Source of the DNA: Octopus vulgaris | Taxonomy: Eukaryota | Direction of reading: 5' to 3' | Length of the DNA: 64,000 bases | Assembly (NCBI GenBank): GCA_951406725.2 | Contig: OX597818.1 | Coordinates: 95,046,001 to 95,110,000, forward strand | Shown here: positions 50,365 to 62,107 of the stretch, piece by piece | Layout of the letters: each line of letters opens with the position of its first letter | Numbering within the stretch: the stretch's first letter is position 1 | The notes under the pieces: generated by a model | Database searches by the model: none | The model's input: the letters and a program-made list of their open reading frames with translations, nothing else | Told to the model about the DNA's origin: nothing | Position numbers and translations under genes: made by a program

Positions 50365-51419
50365 CCCAGTTGGGTTGTACCATCACATAAAACCCATTTA
50401 CAACAAACCAAAGAGGAAGCCCTTAAGTAGTTGGCCAACCTTTAGAAATATCAGGATTTTGCTCATACACCTTGAAAGTAATAGTACATTGGATTATGTA
50501 GTCCTAGGTAGAGTGAGGACATAGAGCCTAGTGGATAGAGTGTTGTACTCATGATCATGATTTCAGTTGCTAGACCAAGTGAGGCTTTAAGTTCATGAGC
50601 AAAAAACTTCATCTCATGTTGCTCTGCAATTACTTCGACACCTGATGCGTGGCACACTGTGCACCAATTCTGGCAATGTTGATTTGATGGAGGGAGTGAG
50701 CTGATGAACAGCATACACATTTGATCACTATAAACAAATTATTTGTGCAGGCCATTCAGCAAAAAAGCTGAATGCTCATACATCATCTTTGACAAGTGAG
50801 TCCATCAGATACAGTATGCCTGAAAAAAAAATGACTGGACAGTAGTAATTGAAAACCTTTGATCATAAATCATCTCAATCAAAACTCACTTGTGACTAAA
50901 CAACAGCCACCACAACCATCTGTTTACATTAAGGTAGATTGTATAGACTGTACCTTTACATGGTACCTGTTTACATGTATGTGGACTGTGCCTACTGCAC
51001 CATACTTATTTATAGTGAAGTAAAATGAATATATATATATATATATACAGTTTATATTTTTGTCCTGCTATTATCATACCCTATCACTGTCTAACACCCT
51101 GTATTTTTCACACACACACATCTGTACACACAAAGGTACATACTCTTTCCCATAACTGCAGACGCACACACTTTCTTACACTTCCATACACATACTCATT
51201 TGCTACAGAGTCCCACACTCAGATACACACACACATCTGTATCATTTTATTAGTGGTGTTGTAGGTGTGGCAGTCTGTCTACATGATCTGATTCTGGTTC
51301 TGCAAGTTATGTAGATTGTTTATATTTAATCCATTTGTAACGTTCACATGGGACTGCATGTAAAGGTGATAATAGTGTGGTGCAGGGTGGTTGTGGTGGC
51401 AGTGGTGGTAGTGGTGGTG

Positions 51420-51812
51420 AAGTGTGTTAACCCTTCACTGTGTTAACCTTTCACTATATTAACCCCTTCACTGTGTTAATTCTTTAGTCCTTCGTGGTGT
51501 TAACCTTTCACTGTTAACCCTTCATTATGTTAACTCCTGGCAGAAATGTTAGCATGCTGAGCGAAATGCGTAGCCGTATTTCATCTGCCATTACGTTCTG
51601 AGTTCAAATTCCACCGAGGTCGACTTTGCCTTTCATCCTTTTGGGGTCGATAAATTAAGCACCAGTTACGCACTGGGGTCGATGTAATCGACTTAATCTG
51701 TTTGTCTGTCCTTGTTTGTCCCCTCTGTGTTTAGCCCCTTGTGGGTAGTAAAAAAATATATGTTAACCTTCCACTATGTTAACTTTTCACTAAGCTAATC
51801 CTTCACTGTTTT
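51420..51812. repeat. 16-bp minisatellite (GTGTTAACCCTTCACT) interrupted by a SINE (51538-51757)
   Basis: About 10 degenerate units flank the SINE; ends about 30 nt before the 51843 exon. Confidence 0.8.
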
Positions 51813-51842
51813 AATCCATCTTTGTTATTCTTTCATCTACAG

Positions 51843-51914
51843 CATCACAGCACTCATCCTTCTTTTCCTCGAGATTGTATTTCTGATTGACATTTGGTTG
51901 TCTCTCTGCATCAG
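51843..51914 (+). CDS. TMEM72: TMEM72-like internal coding exon (TM helix)
   Basis: Acceptor tttgttattctttcatctacag, donor AG|gtaagt. 72 nt reading I-ITALILLFLEIVFLIDIWLSLCI-S; phase 2/2, in frame with both neighbours; has an intramembrane E and a terminal C as in TMEM72. Confidence 0.85.
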
Positions 51915-52831
51915 GTAAGTGGTCATTGTCTCTGTCTCCCTACTGTCCAACTCACTCTCACACTCTACTCTGATTATCACAGTCTTCTGTGCTTACCATA
52001 CTCCTAGTGTTACTATATTTCTCTCTATCACACATGTACACACATGCATACACACAACCATGGAGGCACACAGTAACAAATGTAACAGACTTAGGATCAC
52101 ATAAGCATAACCATAAATGCATAAACACCACATACACACACACTCAGAAATATATATGCTCAGAAAGTACATTTTTTCATACTAATGTACACCAAATACC
52201 ATACAGTACAGTACATCACACACACACACACACACACACACACATGCACACACTACACTACCCTGCATCACACACAGGTGGAAGGAGCCTCTACATGGTT
52301 GCTCAATCCTTAAGAAGTAACAGTCAAATCTCCCTTCTATCACACCCTATCATCTTTTAAAAAGCACATGCTAGATAGTTTAGTCCAAGGTAGGAATGTT
52401 ATAGTTGGAGAGTGTCAAATATTTATGATCATAGATGGAAATGTCATTGCTGGAGTGCTTTTGATCATAAATTTGTTTAGTCAGGGCAAACCTGGAGCTG
52501 CACAGCAATAATACTACATTACAGTTCTCTATTTACTTGTATGATAACAAGATACTCCAAGCAACCTTAAAAAAGCAACACAAAATATCTAACAAACTAC
52601 CTTTTTGGGTCACTGAGCGTATGTAGTATACTCGAACAACACTTACAGAACTTGAAATTTCCCTCATTAAGCATCACAGAGATCCATCCCCTCCCACATT
52701 CTTTTCAACCTATACCTACACAACCTTCCCATACTTCCATAAAACATAGAGACAGCCTCATATTCAGATGACTTCACTTACATTCTTTCACCATTCTCTT
52801 GATATTGATGCACAGCTAAAGGGTAAAACAA

Positions 52832-53160
52832 AAGAGTAAAGACCCCCTTTAGTTATAAATGACCATGGGATTGCACCTAGAAAGTTACCCTCTGAGGCAC
52901 AAGTCTGGGCAAAGTTGTTTATGAAGACCAGCAGTCAGACATGCATACCAGCCTCCCTTCTCCATGCCACCAATGTTATCCGAGGGAAAAGCAAAGGCTG
53001 ATACAGCTTGGCACCAGTGACGTTGCAGCTCATTTCTACAGCTGAGCGGACTGGAGCAACATTAGCTAAATTGTCTTGCCCAAGAACAAAACACACAGCC
53101 CAATCTGGGAATCAAACTCACTACCTCATGATTGTTTGTGAGCCCAATGGTCTAACCACT
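52832..53160 (-). mobile_element. Additional tRNA-derived SINE family
   Basis: Head agtggttagacc...gagtttgattccc and ttgggcaagac/gttgctccagtcc segment shared with the 13945 family; different 3' tail. Confidence 0.6.
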
Positions 53161-56011
53161 GTACTCCAGTCTTATTTGAATCAATTAGAAACTTTGGTTC
53201 CACAACAAACTTAAATAGCACCCATCTTGCCAGCAACATCATCATCTTAACTTCCATTTTTTTTTTTATATTTGAATTTTGTTAAGGCAAATTTACATTG
53301 GTTGGATGCCTTTCTTCTTGCCAGCCTTCATCTGTTTCCAGGCAAGATAATAATATCCTGATCTCTGTCAAACAACAAATAGCCCAGGTATAGTTATGTG
53401 GTTGACTTCAAGCAAAGGTTGTAGACATGTCAAGCTAAGTAGAAGCATGGTTGCCCTTGCATACAGGCTCGTTCCTTGCAACCCTCTTCAGCTGAGCATA
53501 TCTAATCTTGCGGGTATGAAGGTACTGGTGCCATGTAAAAAGCACCCGTACCGGTGCTGCATAAAAGCAGCCAGTACACTTTATAAAGTGACTGGCATTA
53601 GGAAGAGCATCCAGCTGCAGACATGGAGCCTGAACAGCTTCAGCTTGTCAAACTGTCCAACCCATGCCAGCATGGAAAACAGACATTAAATGATGATGAT
53701 GATGATGAAGGTGGCAAGTTGGTATGGGAAAAACAGCAATAGCAACACCGCCTCTACACTACATGGCACCATTCCATATCATCAACATTCCACAGCACAC
53801 TTTAACCAAAATACAACAGTTTAGTATAAATGCCTTTAGTCTTCAATACACCTGAGTAGAAGTATACAAGTTAGCAAAATTAATTCAGGCATGGTGAGTT
53901 AATAAAATTATAAGTATAAATAATATGACTACATAGTTAAGTATGCTTCTCAACCACATGGTTTCAGATTCAGTCACATGGTGTGGTACTTTGGGGAAAG
54001 TATCTTCAACTATAGCCCTGAGCTGACCAAAGCCTTGTAAGTGGATTTTGTAGATGGAATATGAAAGAAACCACTGTGTGTGTTTCCTTATCATGAGATT
54101 GCATGACAGTTGTAAGCAGGTGTCTCCATCATACAAGTGGTTTTGAGCTTCCAGTCTTCTGTAAAATATGTCGGGTCTGGAGTAAATACTGCATGGGTCA
54201 GACAGAACTGAGGCTGATTTTCTATAGCTGGATCCTCTCTTTATTGCCAACCCTCACCTGATTTTAAGTTAGTTAATATTTATTCTATTGTCATTGTTCT
54301 GGTGATGACAATGATGATCAAATGAACAGACAGCTAAGTCAATTAGTGTTAACATTTAATACATGGACTATAACTAGAAATAAATATGTATAACCTTGGA
54401 TGCCAACTATACAACCCAATCGACTTAATCCCTTTGTCTGTCCTTGTTTGTCCCCTCTATGGGCAATAAAGAAATAAAATAATTCTCAGCACCAAAGAAA
54501 GTCTCTTGCAGTATTTAGTTATCCTTCTTTAAATTCAAAGTTCAATTGCCATCAGGGTTCTTTTGACATTTTATATTTCTGGGGTTGATAAAATAAGTGT
54601 GAGTCAAGAACTGAAGTTGTTTGAATAGACTATTTTATCTTCTTTGAAATTCTTTGGGTTTGTGCTTATGTAAGAAACCCTTATTTAATTCATTTAAAGC
54701 AGAAAATGACAAAAAAATTATCAGTCATTGATTGATTAATTTTGATTAATATTGTATTTCATCATCATCATCATATCCACTTTTCCATGCTCACATGGGT
54801 TGGACTGAATTTTTGTTGAGGCAAATTTTCTACGGTCAGGTACCCTTTTTATGACCGACCCTCACTAGTTTCCATGTAAGGCAATTTTTCTCCATAATCA
54901 GACATGTTTTCATGGAAGATTAGGAACAAAGAAGTCTGCTTGCATAACAGTGACATTTATTTACAACTATCACACATTATTTAGGCAAGAAGACAGTAAC
55001 ACACATGTATCTATATATATGACAGGCTTCTTTCAGTTTCATCTACCACATCCACTCATAAGGTTTTAACTGGGCCTTTATTAGAAGACAGTAGCCTAAG
55101 CTGCCACACAGTGGGACTGTACTCAGAACTGTGTGGTTGAGAAGTAAACTTCTTACCACACAGCCATGCTTGTACCTGTGGTATTGAAAACTGTCTTCAT
55201 GAAAGTAAGCTATCTATCCTATCAAATCATTAAAAGATTACGTAGCACTGTTTTGTCATGTTCCTTTCCTTGATTAACTATTAAAATATCCTGCATGGTA
55301 TCTGAAGAAGGCCAATAAGTATTTTTCTCTTGTGAAATTTTACTTTTTTTTTAATATTATTTCTATGTGGTGGGTGAAGTTTTGGTTAACAATGCATAAG
55401 ACCAGAAAAATAAAAATAAAAGTATTATGTTCAGTCACATATAGACACACAGCAACATTACTTCTTTAGACATTGGCTGCTGTATTACGTATAACAATTA
55501 CTACTTTTAAAAACTGATTGCATGTGGAAAGAAAAATCTCTTTTGTTTTCATTAATTAGCTTTTGGGTCAATATTGGGTCAAATATTTCTAAAAGGAATG
55601 GGAAGTGAAGGTGTGGAGGTGTACATGGAATGGTAGGTAGAGTATATATACATGGAATGTCACTCTACTTGTTTAATTATGCTTTTACTAACTTCTTGTT
55701 TTAATTACTTTTCTTCAATAGAAGTAAATAAAATCATTCTATTTATGTGAGAAATACATGAATATTGTGTACATTCTATTGTAATCAACAGTCAGGTGAT
55801 TTTAGATCAGCATACTTTGAGACGTGTGTGTGTTAGATATTAAGACAAAAGTGTCATAAAGTGGAAGAAGTCATTGGAGAGTTAACAAACATCTTTGATA
55901 GAAATTTGCACAAGTGAATACAGAGTCCTTGATGACAGGACATTCATAATAGTAATAAATCACAAGGGCCCGTGATGTTCTCGAAAAAAGTTATGTTACA
56001 TTTCTTGATAA

Positions 56012-56357
56012 GGTGTAGGAGTGGCTGTGTGGCAAGTAGCTTGCTTACCAACCACGTGGTTCCGGGCAAGTGTCTTCTACTATAGCCTTGGGTCAACCAA
56101 AGCCTTGTGAGTAGATTTGGTAGATGGAAACTGAAAGAAACCAGTCGTATATGTGTATGTGTTTGTCCCCCCCAACATCGCTTGACAACCGATGGTGGTG
56201 TGTTTACGTTCCCGTAACTTAGCGGTTCGGCAAAAGAGAACGATAGAATAAGTACTAGTCTTACAATGAATAAATCCTGGGGTCGATTTGCTCGACTAAA
56301 GGCGGTGCTCCAGCATGGCCACAGTCGAATGACTGAAACAAGTATAAGAGTAAGAGT
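56012..56357 (+). mobile_element. Near full-length abundant SINE, CpG-rich copy
   Basis: Same family as 16500; small internal deletion at the B-box region. Confidence 0.85.
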
Positions 56358-57517
56358 ATATTAAAAAAAGCCATTTCCTCATTACTATTTTATATCCATT
56401 TTATTTTTCTTGCTGATGTGGCTGGATTGGTGTATTTGTAGCAACTAGTATGTTCTTAAGATAAAAAAAAAGCATAGAAGTTTGTTTTTGTTTTGTATAA
56501 TTAGATAAACTGTAACAAGTGCATTCATCACGAGAGCAATACAGTGACTGTAATAATATACGAACTTATAACAATATTGCCAGCAGTCCAATTCATGAAC
56601 CTTACAACTGTTGCTTCTCATCACTACCGTTTTGCCTCGTATTTCTCCGTCAGAGAGAAGTCGCTAGTATATTTTCTGACAGAATTTCCAGAGCGGTTTG
56701 GTATTTGTTTGGCGGTAGTAAAATATGGCAATGTATGGTACAAAGATACACTATAATCCTGCAAAAGATTTGAACACAACATCTATGCATAGTGTGTTTA
56801 GAATAAAAAGGAGTCATGCATTTCGCTGGATTGTCATTAAAGTTTAATAGACAGTAGCAACAAACTGACTGGTTCAAGTAACACACAACATTTTAGCCTG
56901 CATTTTTCCTCCGGTCGACAATGGAAAAATATGATTAGATTAGATACAGTATAAATCTATTTAAGTTGTAACGAGTACTCAAGTATTACTTTGGCAAGCC
57001 AGCCTGAAGACAGGGGCGGTAACTCTAAATGACAAGTATACAAGAGTAGACTACTTATTTGATTAAACAAGGAAATGGTCTCGCATGTGATATAAATTAA
57101 GTGGGAATAAGTGAGAAAAATTGCAACGTTCTTTTCCCTTCTCTTACGTCTTTTTTAAAAATTTATCTAAGAAATTATTGTTTTTGTTGTACTCACTTCA
57201 TTTTATTAGAGACGCTATAAACTTTGTAGGAAGTTAGTAATACAGTCGATGACATTAACCACACTACGTTACTAGTACTTATCGAGCCAATAAGAGAACC
57301 TCAGCATGGTCACACGGCCTACTAGAAATAGCAACCAAATCTCACCCCATTTCTTTCCATCCTAAAAATGGACACGCTGGATATGTGTGTGTGTGTATGG
57401 ATGTATATTAATATTTAGCAGAAGCAACAAAGTAACTCAAGGTCCGTGAGTTTCGTGCATTGCTTTTAGTGAGATTTTGTTGCCATTTTTTAACTTGTAT
57501 ATATTTGTCTCTTTCAG

Positions 57518-57651
57518 TGATGATTCCACGTGTATGAAACTTTGGCAGTATGTTTTGTGGATTGACACATGGAAAAAAGGAATCTTTTACATTCTTCTTT
57601 GCTGGCCCAGTTTTTTACATTTACAAAATCCTTATCTTGGTATTTTAGCAG
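57518..57651 (+). CDS. TMEM72: TMEM72-like internal coding exon
   Basis: Acceptor tttgtctctttcag, donor G|gtaagc. 134 nt reading DDSTCMKLWQYVLWIDTWKKGIFYILLCWPSFLHLQNPYLGILA-G, matching the W...K...Y.LL....FLH pattern of TMEM72. Confidence 0.85.
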
Positions 57652-58722
57652 GTAAGCCTCTTTATTTTTTTCTGCAGTTTTTCTTTTATTCCTTCTACTT
57701 TAACTTTTGTTTTATCTACTGTTGTCTCTGGTGGTTGTGGTGCATCAGGGTTGAAAAAGATAATTCTCCTCTGGATAGTAGTTTTTTTTGTTTTTTGTTT
57801 TTTTACAAAGGGTCTGGAGGTCCTCCACAACTGAAGAATAAGTCAGGGAGTATGATGATTCTGGGAGAGGCTAAATATGATGTGAGTAACAGATATGTAG
57901 TTATGAGAATGACAGTCTATACACTGTTTGATTGGGTGAGTAGGTAAGGGACAGACAAATGGAAGAAAGGATTAGTGTCAGGTGTTGGTAAGAAAAAGAG
58001 AGACAGAGAAACTAGAGTGATGTTGGTTGTGTAGAAGAGATCCACTGCTATTGTATATTATAAGGAAAGTATATGCCGAATATGGGAGAGGAAAGTAACA
58101 TAAAAGAGAGAAATAGATGAAGGTGATAAAGAATCCAAAGAGAGTCAGTAGAAGAAAGAATAAGTTTTGGAGTTAATGGAGGTTGGTGAGAGAGAGTTAA
58201 GAGAAGCTGTGGGGAGAGTAGAGTGTGAGAAATAAGGCAGAGGACAGAGGAGGATTGGATGAATGCAATGAAAGCAGTGGTCGAAAGAGAGCCTGGATGG
58301 TACATAGGCATGGGAAGTGGGTATAAATGCAAGGAAAGCATCTTAGACAGGGAAGCTGTGGAGAGAATTCTCTGAAAATACTGTGAAGAGAGAAAAGTTG
58401 GCAGGTATCAGAGGTTGTGGGGAGAGATAAGAAACTAGAAGGTACCATAGAGGTGGGAAAGAGAGTGATATAAATTATTATTAAGTGGTGAGCTGGCAGA
58501 ATCATTTAAGTTTTGGGGAAAATGCCTTGTGTTATTTCTTCCAGTTCTTAACGTTGCTTGAGTCAACTTTGCCTTTCATCCTTTTAGGGTCAATAAAATA
58601 CAATAAAAAAAAATCAAGTGTCAGAATCAATGGTATACACTTGCCCCACACCTTAAAATTACAGGCCTTGTGCCAAAATTTGAAATGTTATTTTTACATT
58701 TTTCTATTCTTTTCTTTGCTAG

Positions 58723-58825
58723 GTGTTATGCTTCTTATATGTGCCATTTTATACATTACAAGAACATTTGAAACTTGGCCTGTACGAGAGTCTGAGAAAA
58801 CTGAAGAGACTGACACATATGACAG
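58723..58825 (+). CDS. TMEM72: TMEM72-like internal coding exon (last TM helix and start of acidic tail)
   Basis: Acceptor tttttctattcttttctttgctag, donor AG|gtaaat. 103 nt reading G-VMLLICAILYITRTFETWPVRESEKTEETDTYD-R; phases fit. Confidence 0.85.
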
Positions 58826-59220
58826 GTAAATTGGGGTTTTTTTTTTTGGTTTTATTTTTCCAATTCTCTTTGGAGATCAGTTGATTTTATAATACCTTTT
58901 AAGCATGGTTGTTGCCAGAACCACCTGACTGGCCCACTTACCAATGGCATGAAAAAAGCACCCACTACACTCTTGGAGTGGTTGGTGTTAGGAAGGGCGT
59001 CAGGCTGTAGAAACTTTGCCAGATCAGATTGAGCCTGGTGCAGCCTCTAGCTCACCAGTCCTCAGTCAAACCGTCCAATCCATGCCAGCATGGAAAGCAG
59101 ACATTAAACGATGATGATGATGAGCTCAGTCAATCCTGGTCCTCTCAGAATGTGTGGACCATGTGCCAACTTTACATACAGGAATCATGTATGTACGGTT
59201 AGCGATTTCTTTATGCTTAT

Positions 59221-59490
59221 TTATTACCTCCGCTTTAACGACAGCGTAAGTATTGTTTTCAGTTGTGTTTGTTTGTTTATTTATCCCTGGACAAGATATC
59301 TCAAGAACCGCTGGATGGAATTGGATGAAACTTTCAGGGATGTTTGGCCTCATGACTGGCAGGAACTGATTAGATTTTGAGATCAATCTGGTACAAGGAT
59401 TTTTTAGAGTGATCGGGTTCATTTTTAGTATTCTCATTTGTGAAAGCACTCAAATTTATTTCAGATATTCTCATTTTAAAAATCATCTCC
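59221..59490 (+). mobile_element. Helentron/HINE-like non-autonomous fragment
   Basis: ttattacctccgc start followed by (gttt)n and atatctcaagaac...gatgaaacttt, typical of DINE/HINE-type elements. Confidence 0.45.
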
Positions 59491-59912
59491 TGCTATTGCT
59501 AGCTTTGATAGTGTAAGGTGATGGGAAACTGGATCTGGCTGTTTTAAACATAAAACAAGTAGAATATTTGGGTGAGATACGGCTGGTTTAAATGCCAAAG
59601 GGTTAAAAGACTGCAAGGAAGTTTCCTGACTTCTTTTGTAGTTAAAACAATATAGAGAGGGTTAGGTTGGTTTTACTACCATTCTTCCTTGGTTCCTGAT
59701 TATTCTTGATTTGTGTAATCTCTCTTTTAAAGACGGTATGGATTTTCTTTTGAAAGTGAGAGACAATACAGTATAAAAATAACATCCAAAAGCAAGACCA
59801 ACAAATAGCAATGAATCAGAAACATTTTTACCAATTCTCATGCATTATCTCCCTTTCAAGTGTGACCTTATTTAACAATTGCATCTGTTCCATTTCACGC
59901 ACATATTTTCTT

Positions 59913-59964
<52 letters not shown>

Positions 59965-60474
59965 TCCTCCTCCTCCCATGGCCATTAAGCTAATGAGAAT
60001 CCTTTATGCACTTACCTTATTCTGCTAAAACTAACAATCAAATTTTCTTTAGATTATTCTCTACCATCATCAAAAAAAAAGAAGGTGGTTTCTTATGTTT
60101 GTATTGCTACGTTTAATCCTTTAGTGATCAGATAACTCTATCAAATGTAATGTTTATTTATTCATATTGTTTTGAATTAATCATGCAATATCTCATAGCT
60201 TTGATATTTCAATGACATGCTTGTTTATTTTTAAACTGACATCGATATACATTGCCAAAGATAGGATTTTCATGGTGGATATGCCTTTGACCATAGTTCT
60301 TGGTTATGGCACATCTGAGTTTAAGAATAACAACACAACCACCACCACTACCATCACTATCCCTCAACTACCACTAGTACTCAACCTTGACAACACTGCT
60401 CTTTCTTTCTCTATGTATATATCTCTTTCGCTCTCACAACAGTCACCTCATCCAGATTCTTTCTATTTCTACAG

Positions 60475-60580
60475 GTTTCCAGAAATCCATGATGTATTGG
60501 AAGACAATATCATTAACCCTCCTGGGCCCAACACCATCATGTTGAACATAGCTGACCAGAATGAAATCATCCAAGTGTAG
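60475..60580 (+). CDS. TMEM72: TMEM72-like terminal coding exon
   Basis: Acceptor ttctttctatttctacag. Reads R-FPEIHDVLEDNIINPPGPNTIMLNIADQNEIIQV-TAG, in frame with the previous exon. Confidence 0.75.
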
Positions 60581-61132
60581 CCACTCCACTCCTTACTTTG
60601 TCATGGAAGTGGTCCTAGGGTACAGATGGCTTCAGTCAGTCAATGATTGAAATGTAACCACAAATAATAGTGGTTGGTGTGTCGTGTCCACTTTTGTAAT
60701 GGGAGAAACAGGGGACAGGCAACACAATATTTCTGTCTTTCATCGTAAATGTGTGTGTGTGTGTGTGTGTATGCTTGTGTATGTGTGTGCAGATCCATAG
60801 ATATGTATATGTATAGAAAATATATATATATACACACACATACACATATAGCTGCGTAAATAAATACATGTGTGTTTATATATATATATAACATGTACAT
60901 ATGCACACATATATACACATGCATACACATACACACACACACACACACACATGTATATATACGCACACAACTATGTATGTGTATACGTGAATATGTATGT
61001 ATTTATTTATTCATGTGTATATATGTATATACGCACATATATTTATGTATATATGTATACATGTATATTCATGTATATATGTGTGTGTGTATGTACACAG
61101 ATACATATAGCTGGTTATATATATATATCTTT

Positions 61133-61210
<78 letters not shown>

Positions 61211-61593
61211 CCTCTCGTGATCTCTTTATTTCTCCTTTTTCTTCTGCTTTTCTCTCTTACTTTCATTTTCTCTTTTTTTCTTTCTAATTAGTTTGTTTTT
61301 CCTCTATACTTTATCAAATATCACACATTTATTTAATTATTTATTTACCCGTTCATTTTTAGATGATGATGTAGTTGGTTATTACCATCAATATTGACTC
61401 CCTTTCCTATTTGATTGAAATTTGGTGTTTTGTGAGCTTAGTATATGAAAGCCTGAAATAACTATTCTTAACCTTTTGCATTCTTGATTATCATGTTATA
61501 CAGTGTTCAAAATAATTCTACTTACTGTGTTAACTGTTATGCGTATGTGTGTATATATATATATAGTACAATTTTATTCACTGGTGTGGTAAG

Positions 61594-61653
61594 AGCCCTG
61601 ATGAGCATTAAGATGTGTAAGCATCAAAATGTGAAATCATCGATGATCTGGCT
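61594..61653 (+). ncRNA. Hammerhead-like motif downstream of the TMEM72-like stop
   Basis: agcc-CUGAUGA-GCAUU...AAUGU-GAAA-UCAUCGAUGA-UC-u-ggcu. Canonical core and palindromic stem III; stem I needs a 1-nt bulge. Confidence 0.5.
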
Positions 61654-61791
61654 ATAGGTAGCCTTCCTCCCTTGTCAGTCATTAAGATAGTGCTTTCTGT
61701 GGCTATTGACTTGTTTTGACTCTTATTTCTAACAATACTGGTGCTGATTTGTGCCCTTTGTCACTTTGGTGACGTATATATTTCTGCCTTT

Positions 61792-62107
61792 GCAGAGGCA
61801 CAATGGCCTAGTGGTTAGGGCAGCAGACTCGCGGTCGGAGGATCGCAGTTTCGATTCCCAGACCGCGTTTATTGTGTGTGTTTATTGAGTGAAAACACCT
61901 AAAGCTCCACGAGGCTCTGGCAGGGGGTGGTGGCGACCCCTGTTGTACTCTTTCGCCCCAACTTTCTCTCACTCCCTCTTTCTGTTTCCAGAGTAATGCT
62001 GCAATGCACTAGCATCCTGTCCAGCTAGGGGAAACACATACGCCACAGAAACCGGGAAACCAGGCCCATGAGCCTAGCTAGGCTTGAAAAGGGCGCGTAA
62101 ATAAATA
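61792..62107 (+). mobile_element. Full-length tRNA-derived SINE with 16-bp TSD
   Basis: A box tggcctagtgg, B box gtttcgattccc, (taaa)n tail; ATATATTTCTGCCTTT at 61776-61791 and 62108-62123. Confidence 0.9.

Noticed and set aside
56500-56930. Short ORFs as extra host exons
   Set aside because: No compatible splice sites are needed between 51914 and 57518; the sequence looks like a decayed repeat.
57000-57085. CUGAAGA...GAAAUGGUC as a hammerhead
   Set aside because: No supporting stem I or II pairing.
61795-61865. tRNA gene candidates (also at 14190-14262 and other SINE heads)
   Set aside because: A/B boxes run into SINE bodies with TSDs; no complete cloverleaf or T-run terminator.
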